Shown here: piece by piece, positions 56,038 to 64,000 of the stretch
How the letters are laid out: each line of letters starts with the position of its first letter
Position numbering within the stretch: position 1 is the first letter of the stretch
From: Vicinamibacterales bacterium
GTDB lineage: Bacteria; Acidobacteriota; Vicinamibacteria; Vicinamibacterales; JAENWD01
Length of the DNA stretch: 64,000 nt
NCBI GenBank assembly: GCA_036381155.1
Contig: DASVDJ010000196.1
Coordinates: forward strand, 52,823-116,822
Reading direction: 5' to 3'
Program-made: the position numbers and the translations under genes
The notes under the pieces: generated by a model
What the model was told of the DNA's origin: nothing
The model's input: only the letters and a program-made list of their open reading frames with translations
Databases searched by the model: none

Positions 56038-56053
56038 GTTGCAACCCGGGCCG
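56038..56053 (+). promoter_or_regulatory. Sigma-54-type -24/-12 promoter (P6)
   Basis: CGGAACGGCCGTTGCA. It lies 50 nt upstream of the ATG at 56104. Confidence 0.6.
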
Positions 56054-56103
56054 TCATGCGCGCGGCCGGTCGGGCCGGTGCAGACGACCCTGGAGGGTCA
56101 ACC

Positions 56104-56316
56104 ATGCCGCATACGGGAATCAGCAATCGCGAATCGCCTGATGAAGAGCAGGAGGAGCGGAACCGGCTGAAGCGCCATCCGGACACGGCGCGTGACCGGG
56201 CCGGACACGTGATGACGGAAGAGCCCGCAGAGCGGCTCGAGCGGGAGGACGACGAGCACAGGCAGGCGCCGACGGACGAGAGCCCGCGAGGGCGCCGGAT
56301 CAGGCAGAGTCGGTAA
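56104..56316 (+). CDS. 70-aa highly charged, probably disordered small protein
   Basis: MPHTGISNRESPDEEQEERNRLKRHPDTARDRAGHVMTEEPAERLEREDDEHRQAPTDESPRGRRIRQSR. SD GGAGGG 6 nt upstream. A hairpin follows the stop directly. Confidence 0.55.
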   Translation: MPHTGISNRESPDEEQEERNRLKRHPDTARDRAGHVMTEEPAERLEREDDEHRQAPTDESPRGRRIRQSR

Positions 56317-56323
56317 GCGCAGG

Positions 56324-56363
56324 CCGTCGGGACAGGGCCGCATCGACGGCCGTGTCCCGGCGG
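56324..56363 (+). terminator. Long hairpin after the small-protein stop
   Basis: CCGTCGGGACA..GGCCG-CATCGA-CGGCC..TGTCCCGGCGG: about 16 bp in total including one G-U pair; no U-tract. Confidence 0.4.
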
Positions 56364-56388
56364 CACCGGGTTGTCGGGCGCATCAGCC

Positions 56389-56409
56389 CCGCGCCGGATC
56401 CCGGCGCGG
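56389..56409. terminator. Hairpin next to the stop of the convergent minus-strand gene
   Basis: CCGCGCCGG-ATC-CCGGCGCGG: 9-bp perfect stem. Confidence 0.4.
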
Positions 56410-56411
56410 CG

Positions 56412-56954
56412 TCAGCTCGTCTTGCGGATCTCGGTCAGCAGCGCCTGGATGATCCGCTCGTACTCCGCGTCGGCTTCGGCGAACGTCCGCTCGTACTGCG
56501 CTTCGCTGATCTTCTTCGCCTTCGTCTCTCCATCCAGGAGGAACGGCGCGTTCGTTCCCCGCGTGACGATGTCGAAGGGGTCGTCCCCCTTGCGGCGTGG
56601 ATGCAGGCCGTCGGCGCGCATGTCCTCGATGAAGAGCTTCGATTCGGGCACCGACGCGGCGGAGAGATCGAGATAGACGTCGCGGTAGTTGCGGTTGATG
56701 ATCTTCTCGTTGAGCAGAGCCGGCGCCGTGTACTTCGCGGACACCACCAGCAGCTGCACGCCGGGAATATAAAGCGCGGCCGCGAACTCCTCTTCCCCGA
56801 TCCGCGCGGCAATCGCGTCGAGCTTCTGCTTGTCGAGGAGCGAGACGAGTTCCCGGGTTGGAGCTTCGGACCTGGAGTCCTGGGCGGCGGCGGGGCCCAC
56901 CAGGAGCACCGGAGCAAGGGCGAGAGCGAGTGACAGGGCCTGGAGACGCCTCAT
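56412..56954 (-). CDS. Secreted hypothetical protein
   Basis: Signal MRRLQALSLALALAPVLLVGPAAAQ. The mature part has normal composition (LVSLLDKQKLDAIAARIGEEEF...). Confidence 0.65.
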   Translation of the reverse strand: MRRLQALSLALALAPVLLVGPAAAQDSRSEAPTRELVSLLDKQKLDAIAARIGEEEFAAALYIPGVQLLVVSAKYTAPALLNEKIINRNYRDVYLDLSAASVPESKLFIEDMRADGLHPRRKGDDPFDIVTRGTNAPFLLDGETKAKKISEAQYERTFAEADAEYERIIQALLTEIRKTS

Positions 56955-56963
56955 GCGGGAAGC

Positions 56964-56992
56964 ATTTATCACCCGCTCGGGGCGCAAGTCAA
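56964..56992 (-). promoter_or_regulatory. Sigma-70-type promoter, near-leaderless
   Basis: Minus strand TTGACT (56992-56987), 17 nt spacer, ATAAAT (56969-56964), then 9 nt to the ATG at 56954. Confidence 0.45.
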
Positions 56993-57028
56993 TCGAACCG
57001 CGCACCACTTTCCACGCCGCGGCGCGGT

Positions 57029-57460
57029 CTATCCGATGAAGAGGGCGTCGTCTTCGTCGGGGTGCGGATGACGCGGGATCGGCGAGGCCTGCCGCATCCC
57101 CTTCAGGGCGGCGATCGCCGCGCGGATGCCGCTGAAGACCGCCATCCCCTCGCGGGCGGGCGCGACGAGCGTCGCCTGGATCGCGGCCACCGATTCCTCG
57201 ATGCGCGCGCTCACGTCGGCGAACAGCCGGTCGACCCGCTCCATCTGGGCGCTCGCCAGCGTCGCGGCCTTCGCGGCCTCCTGGCCGACGGTGTGCAGGC
57301 TGGTCAGCAGCGGCTTGATCTCCCGATCGAGCTGGTCGGCCAGCCGGTCGACACGGCGGGCGAGCCGGGCGCCGTACACGACCATCCCGACCTGGATCGC
57401 CGCCATCACCGTCACGGCCAGGGCGATCACGCCGAGGAAGACGACCGCCCAGTCGCTCAC
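57029..57460 (-). CDS. DUF948-type membrane-anchored coiled-coil protein
   Basis: N-terminal TM MSDWAVVFLGVIALAVTVMAAI, then helical LARRVDRLADQLDREIKPLLTSL... Confidence 0.7.
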   Translation of the reverse strand: MSDWAVVFLGVIALAVTVMAAIQVGMVVYGARLARRVDRLADQLDREIKPLLTSLHTVGQEAAKAATLASAQMERVDRLFADVSARIEESVAAIQATLVAPAREGMAVFSGIRAAIAALKGMRQASPIPRHPHPDEDDALFIG

Positions 57461-57726
57461 GCAGTCTCCTCGCCGGCGCGGGCCTTCGCGTAGGCCTCGC
57501 GGCCCCGGTCGATGGCCTCGGCGAGCTGGTCCTTCTGCCGCTTCAGCGCTTCACGGCCGTCGCGGGCGGCCGCGCGCGCCCGCTCGCGGCTCTCGCGCGC
57601 CTTCTCCGACAGGAACTGGCGCGTCTCCTCGCCCGCCGCCGGCGCAAACAGCAGCGCCGCCGCGGCGCCGGCGATGGCGCCCGCCACGAACGCGAGCAGA
57701 ACGGACCCCGAATCGTGATTCGACAT
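57457..57726 (-). CDS. YtxH-like membrane-anchored stress protein
   Basis: MSNHDSGSVLLAFVAGAIAGAAAALLFAPAAGEETRQFL: the YtxH family signature (LFAP..G..TR). Confidence 0.75.
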   Translation of the reverse strand: MSNHDSGSVLLAFVAGAIAGAAAALLFAPAAGEETRQFLSEKARESRERARAAARDGREALKRQKDQLAEAIDRGREAYAKARAGEETA

Positions 57727-57766
57727 CGTGACGCCTCCGCGCGGCAATGACCGCCCTGCCGCTACT

Positions 57767-58807
57767 CTAGAAAAGACTCACGCGCACGCGCAAGTACTTC
57801 TGGGGATCCTTGCGGACGTCGGCCACGAGCCCGCGCAGCTCGCTGATCGCCGCGTTCAGGTTGTCGTAGAGCTGACGGTCGTTCAGCAGCTGGCCGGCCG
57901 TGCCCTCTCCCCCGTTCAGACGCCGGATCGTCTCGTCGAGCCGTGCCGTCAGCGAATCGAGCTGCTTGTAGAGCGCGTCGTCGGTCAGGAGCCGCCCCGC
58001 GGTGCCCTCGCCGCGATTGAGCCGCGCGGTGAGCGCCTCGAGGTTCCGGGTCGTCCCCGTGGCGGATTCGGCGAACGCCGGATCCTGCATCAGCCGGCCG
58101 AGGCTTCCCTCACCCCGGTTGATGCGGTCCGTCATGTCGCGCAGGTTCCGGACGGAGGCCTCGAGCGAGGTGTAGAGCGCCTCGTCGTTCAGGAGCCGTC
58201 CGGCCGTGCCCCGCCCCTGCTCCAGATTCCGGGCGACGCGCTCGGCGGCGTCGACGAACCCCTGGATCTCCTTGTACAGCTGCTCGTCGGTGAACAGCTT
58301 GCCGACCGTACCCTTGCCCGACCGGATGTCGCGCAGCAGCGCCGTCGCTTCCTGCAGTCCGCGGGTGGCGGACTCGGCGACGTCGGACAGCTGTCCCGGC
58401 GCCCGCGCCGTCTGCACGGTCCCGCCCGGCGGCACGGGCGTGCCGCCCGCCCCGACGGTGATGTCGAGCGCCCCCTCGCCGAGCAGCGAGACGGATCCGA
58501 TCGTCGCCACCGACTTGTCGGTGATCCGGCTCTGCATGTCCTCGGAGACCTCGAACCGGACTTCGACCTCGGATCCCCGGAAGGCGATCTCGCTGACGCT
58601 GCCCACCTCGAGGCCCGCCACGCGGACTGGCGCGCCCGGCTTGAGCGTCGCGACGTTGTCGAAGATCGCCCGCAGCTCGTAGCGCTGCCAGAAGAAGCCC
58701 CCTTCCCCGCTCAGAAGGAAGATGACGATGGCCGCCAGGGTCAGGGCGGTGGCGGCCAGCACCCCGATCTTCAGCTCCGCCCAGGCCAGGGATCGCGTTC
58801 GTGGCAT
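57767..58807 (-). CDS. mlaD: MlaD/MCE-family protein with repeat-containing C-terminal extension
   Basis: N-terminal TM, MCE core (LKPGAPVRVAGLEVGSVSEI), then five 34-aa repeats. Confidence 0.85.
   Translation of the reverse strand: MPRTRSLAWAELKIGVLAATALTLAAIVIFLLSGEGGFFWQRYELRAIFDNVATLKPGAPVRVAGLEVGSVSEIAFRGSEVEVRFEVSEDMQSRITDKSVATIGSVSLLGEGALDITVGAGGTPVPPGGTVQTARAPGQLSDVAESATRGLQEATALLRDIRSGKGTVGKLFTDEQLYKEIQGFVDAAERVARNLEQGRGTAGRLLNDEALYTSLEASVRNLRDMTDRINRGEGSLGRLMQDPAFAESATGTTRNLEALTARLNRGEGTAGRLLTDDALYKQLDSLTARLDETIRRLNGGEGTAGQLLNDRQLYDNLNAAISELRGLVADVRKDPQKYLRVRVSLF
57809..58318 (-). repeat. Five tandem 102-bp (34-aa) coding repeats inside mlaD
   Basis: Units start at G164, G198, G232, G266 and G300: GKGTVGKLFTDEQLY / GRGTAGRLLNDEALY / GEGSLGRLMQDPAFA / GEGTAGRLLTDDALY / GEGTAGQLLNDRQLY. 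Confidence 0.8.
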
Positions 58808-58873
58808 GGTTGACTTCCCGGTTTCCGGGGCGGCGCGCCGCCCGCGTCCTTTCTCCGGCGTCCGTCGCCGGCT

Positions 58874-59728
58874 CTACGAGAGGAACTCCTGCAGATACGG
58901 ATCCGTCGAGCGTCGCAGCTCGCCGGCCGGTCCCTCGAAGCAGATGCGCCCGTCGCGCAGCATCAGGAACTCCGCCTCCTCCGCCTTGTCCTCGTCGGCG
59001 GGGACGATGCGGACCCGGCCGTCGGCGTCCCGGACGGCCGTGTGCATCGCGATGTAGAAGGCGTCGCGGAGCTGGTGCGTGACGACGATGGAGCTGACCC
59101 CCTCGAGATCGCGCAGCTTGATGATCTCCTGATCGACCGTCGTCGACGTGATGGGATCCAGCCCGGTGGTCGGCTCGTCGTACAGCAGCACGCGCGGCTT
59201 GGCGGCCATCGCCCGGGCGATCGCCACGCGCCGGCGCTGCCCGCCCGACAGCTCCGACGGCATCTTGTCGATGTGCTCGGCGAGGCCGATGAACCCGAGG
59301 ATCTCCTCCACGCGCGCGTCGGCCTGCTCCGGCGGCCAGCGCAGCTCGTCGTACAGCTTGTAGCCGACGTTCTCCCGCACCGTCAGCGAATCGAACAGCG
59401 CCCCTTCCTGGAACACCATGCCCAGGTCGGCACGCACCCGCATCAGCTCGCGCTCGCTCAACTGGTCGACGCGCTCGCCGTTGACCCAGATCACGCCGGA
59501 ATCGGGGCGCAGCAGCCCGGTGATCAGCTTGAGGATCGTCGACTTCCCGGCGCCGCTGGCGCCCAGGATGATCTTCGTGTGCCCCTTGATCAGCGTGAAG
59601 CTGATGCTCCGCAGGATCACCTTCTCGTCGAACGCCAGCGACACCCGGTCGAAGACGACCACGGGCGCGCCGGTGGCGTCGAGAATCTCCTGGCGATCGA
59701 GCGGGACGGTGTTGTTCGAGACCGTCAT
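58874..59728 (-). CDS. mlaF: ABC transporter ATP-binding protein MlaF
   Basis: GASGAGKST (Walker A), LSGGQRRRVAIARA (signature), LLYDEPTTGLD (Walker B). Confidence 0.9.
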   Translation of the reverse strand: MTVSNNTVPLDRQEILDATGAPVVVFDRVSLAFDEKVILRSISFTLIKGHTKIILGASGAGKSTILKLITGLLRPDSGVIWVNGERVDQLSERELMRVRADLGMVFQEGALFDSLTVRENVGYKLYDELRWPPEQADARVEEILGFIGLAEHIDKMPSELSGGQRRRVAIARAMAAKPRVLLYDEPTTGLDPITSTTVDQEIIKLRDLEGVSSIVVTHQLRDAFYIAMHTAVRDADGRVRIVPADEDKAEEAEFLMLRDGRICFEGPAGELRRSTDPYLQEFLS

Positions 59729-59729
59729 G

Positions 59730-60503
59730 TCAGTACATGAGCGTGATCAGCAGCCGCGTCAGGAAGAAGTCCACGGCCAGGACCGCGACGGCGCCGACCA
59801 CCATCGCGCTCGTCGTCGATCGTCCGACGCCCTGTGTCCCGCCGGTGGTGCGCAACCCCACGTGACAGCCGATGCTCACGATGGCGAACCCGAGGAAGAA
59901 CGGCTTGATGAGCCCCATCCACGGGTCCTGGGGATAGAGGCCTTCGAGCACCGACGACCAGTACACGCTCGACGCCACGCGCAGCTGCGTCACGGCAATC
60001 AACCAGCCGCCGAGGATGCCGATGAAGTCGGCGATGACCGTCAGCACGGGCGCCATCAGCGTGCCGGCCAGGACGCGCGGCACGACCAGCTTGCGCACGG
60101 GATCGGTGCCGAGCGCGCGCAGCGCGTTCACCTGCTCCCCGACGACCATCGAGCCGAGCTCGGCGGCGATGCCCGCGCCGACGCGGCCGGTCAGCATCAG
60201 CGCGGTGAGCACCGGCCCGAGCTCCTTGACCATCGAGGCGGAGACCAGCCGGCCCACGAACGGCCGCGCGCCGAACTGATCGAGCGTGATGCCGGTCTGC
60301 AGCGCGAGCACGGCGCCGGTGAAGAGCCCCGTGAGGATCACCACCGCGAGCGAGCCGACGCCGATGAGCTCCAGCTGCAGGATGACGTCGCGGTAATAGA
60401 AAGGACTGGTCACGGCGCCGACCAGCGCCGCGCGGCACATCCGGGTGTATTCCTGCAGTTCCAGCGCCGCGGCCTTCAGCCGCTCGTTAACCCAGTTCAG
60501 CAC
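59730..60503 (-). CDS. mlaE: ABC transporter permease MlaE
   Basis: Multi-TM; [43 protein letters not shown] is the MlaE family core. Confidence 0.9.
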   Translation of the reverse strand: MLNWVNERLKAAALELQEYTRMCRAALVGAVTSPFYYRDVILQLELIGVGSLAVVILTGLFTGAVLALQTGITLDQFGARPFVGRLVSASMVKELGPVLTALMLTGRVGAGIAAELGSMVVGEQVNALRALGTDPVRKLVVPRVLAGTLMAPVLTVIADFIGILGGWLIAVTQLRVASSVYWSSVLEGLYPQDPWMGLIKPFFLGFAIVSIGCHVGLRTTGGTQGVGRSTTSAMVVGAVAVLAVDFFLTRLLITLMY

Positions 60504-60506
60504 CGG

Positions 60507-62516
<2,010 letters not shown>

Positions 62517-62580
62517 GGCACGGCCGGTCCGCCCGTACGGACCGGATCCGTCAATCGTACCATGACCCGCGCCGCGGGCG

Positions 62581-63519
62581 TCAGGGCAGCCGGCTCCCTC
62601 CGGCCGCCGCCGCGTCGTAGGGGGCGTAGTAGCCCCTGCGCGAACGCACCCGCAGATCCTGCAGGTGCTCCGGCACCAGGCGCACCTCCAGCCGCCGCCA
62701 GGTGCCGTCCTTCGCCGGGTTGGTGCTCGTGAACCCGAGGCTGTACTGCGCCCGCACCTGCGCGACGATCTGCCCGAACACGTCGTCCAGCATCTTCGTC
62801 GAGGACGGGAAGAAGGCCTGGCCACCCGTGACGTCGGCCAGCTGCTGGAGCCGCAGCCGCTGCTCCGTCCGGACGTTCTGCGGCTGGTGATCCAGGAACC
62901 CGATCGCGTAGACGATGACGTCGGACGACTTGAGCATCTCGAGGACGTCGGCGAACGTCTGGGCGCTGCGCGTGTCCCCGCCGTCGCTGTAGACCACGAG
63001 GACCTTCCGCCCGTCGAGGGTGTGGACGCCGTCCAGATAGATCCCGAGCGCGTCGTAGAGCGCCGTCCACCCCGACGGCTTGCGCGTGCGGATGCGCTCG
63101 ATGAGACGCGGCAGGGACGCCACGCCGTAGCGCGACACGCGCACTTCCGTGTCGAAGTCGACGAGCGTGATGTCGTGTGCCTCGGGGAGGGCGTTCAGGA
63201 AGCGGATGGCGGCGGTGCGGGCCAGGGCGATGTCGCTCTGCATGCTGCCGCTGGTGTCGAGCAGCAGCCCGAGCCGCAGGTTGAGCGCCTCGCGGTCGGC
63301 GTCGCCGCGCAGGAAATGGGTGACGTCCTGCGGGCGCCCGTCCTCGAAGATCGCGAAATCCTCGGCCTTCAGGTCGGTGATGAAGCGCCCCTGCCGGTCC
63401 ATGACCATCACGGCCACGTTGACCAGCTCCACGCCGGCCCGGTACCGCCCGGGCTGCCCGGCAAGCCCGGACGCCGCCACGACGATGAGCGCCGCGCTCA
63501 GCAGCAGACTCCGCACCAC
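62581..63519 (-). CDS. Secreted VWA domain protein (acidobacterial VWFA-related type)
   Basis: Signal [22 protein letters not shown]; [32 protein letters not shown]; LLLDTSGSM (MIDAS DxSxS). Confidence 0.8.
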   Translation of the reverse strand: MVRSLLLSAALIVVAASGLAGQPGRYRAGVELVNVAVMVMDRQGRFITDLKAEDFAIFEDGRPQDVTHFLRGDADREALNLRLGLLLDTSGSMQSDIALARTAAIRFLNALPEAHDITLVDFDTEVRVSRYGVASLPRLIERIRTRKPSGWTALYDALGIYLDGVHTLDGRKVLVVYSDGGDTRSAQTFADVLEMLKSSDVIVYAIGFLDHQPQNVRTEQRLRLQQLADVTGGQAFFPSSTKMLDDVFGQIVAQVRAQYSLGFTSTNPAKDGTWRRLEVRLVPEHLQDLRVRSRRGYYAPYDAAAAGGSRLP

Positions 63520-63715
63520 AGCCTCCGCGTGACCCGGCGCCCGGCCGCGCGGGCGCGCGGGCCGCCGCCCTTACGGCGGATAATAGCATCGGCGCCGCGC
63601 GCGCCGCGTCCACCGGATCCCCCGCCCGGCCGCTGTGGTCGCGGCAGGTATATAATCCGGGGTTTCAAGCGATGGTCGCCGTGTTCGCGCTCCGCCCGTC
63701 GGCGCCGGGTCGCCG

Positions 63716-64000
63716 ATGAGGTGTGTCGCCATCTGCCAGGACGAACTCGTCATCAAGGTCCTCGACGAGATCCTCCTGCCGAGCTTCGAGATCGAGTTCC
63801 TCGTGGACAGCCCGGCGCTCGCGCGCCGGCTGAGCGAGGCGGGCGTCCAGATCACCGCCGCCGATCTGCGCCGGAAGGATACCTACACCCGCGCCGACAT
63901 CTCGCCGAGCACCTGCGTGATCGTGCAGGACAGCGGCCGGCGCGGCCTGCGCCGCATCCTCGAGAACATCCGTGACGCGGGGGGCACGCTCGTCTACGTC
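63716..64000 (+). CDS. Hypothetical protein, 5' fragment (runs off the window)
   Basis: My translation from the ATG at 63716: MRCVAICQDELVIKVLDEILLPSFEIEFLVDSPALARRLSEAGVQITAADLRRKD... No stop before 64000, so it is absent from the track. TATAAT lies at 63651-63656. Confidence 0.5.
   Translation, partial: MRCVAICQDELVIKVLDEILLPSFEIEFLVDSPALARRLSEAGVQITAADLRRKDTYTRADISPSTCVIVQDSGRRGLRRILENIRDAGGTLVYV

Noticed and set aside
31529-56053. Reading the recurrent GGAAC in four of the motifs as the -35 element of an EcfG/ECF-type general stress promoter (GGAAC-N16/17-CGTT).
   Set aside because: The conserved downstream element (TTGCA) begins only 6 nt after GGAAC (GG and GC 10 nt apart). No conserved CGTT-like -10 sits at 16-17 nt. 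The geometry fits -24/-12 only.
57727-57766. GGCAGGGCGGTCATTGCC upstream of the ytxH-like gene, as a sigma-54 promoter.
   Set aside because: The GG-to-GC spacing is 8, 9 or 13 nt depending on which GG is used, never 10. The gene is 40 nt downstream of mlaD and is probably co-transcribed with it.

Overview
This is a very GC-rich bacterial chromosomal segment. Gene content suggests Acidobacteriota (Oar-like CarboxypepD_reg TonB receptor, VWFA-type protein, S55 peptidase), but that is inference only. I support about 65 protein genes and 2 tRNAs (Gly-CCC, Val-CAC). I saw no rRNA, CRISPR, transposase or integrase. Many long Arg/Pro-rich ORFs in the track are shadow frames of real genes and are ignored.

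Layout:
- 1-31 kb is mostly housekeeping: aroDE, aroC, def-fmt-rsmB-PASTA-rpe, bamD, pgsA, NDP-sugar synthesis and nucleotide salvage. It also holds an S55 peptidase/propeller pair, an ECF sigma/anti-sigma pair and a giant sigma-54 activator.
- 31.5-56.1 kb is an accessory-looking block of stress-type membrane proteins, small disordered proteins, an outer-membrane protease fusion and a roughly 13-kb glycan locus with four CgeB-like paralogs.
- 56.4-64 kb holds DUF948/YtxH, mlaDFE, uvrB and a VWA protein.

Main hunt results:
1. Ten intergenic -24/-12 (sigma-54-type) promoter motifs sit in front of nearly every transcription unit of the 31.5-56.1 kb block. I found none in the housekeeping flanks. 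This suggests one previously undescribed sigma-54-wired stress/glycan programme.
2. A 46-aa Trp/Phe/Tyr-rich leader peptide with competing antiterminator and terminator helices lies directly upstream of aroDE.
3. An apparently circularly permuted clan GH-A hydrolase.
4. A protein with an extreme poly-Asp/Glu tail inside the glycan locus.

All functional calls come from reading motifs by eye. No database search was run.
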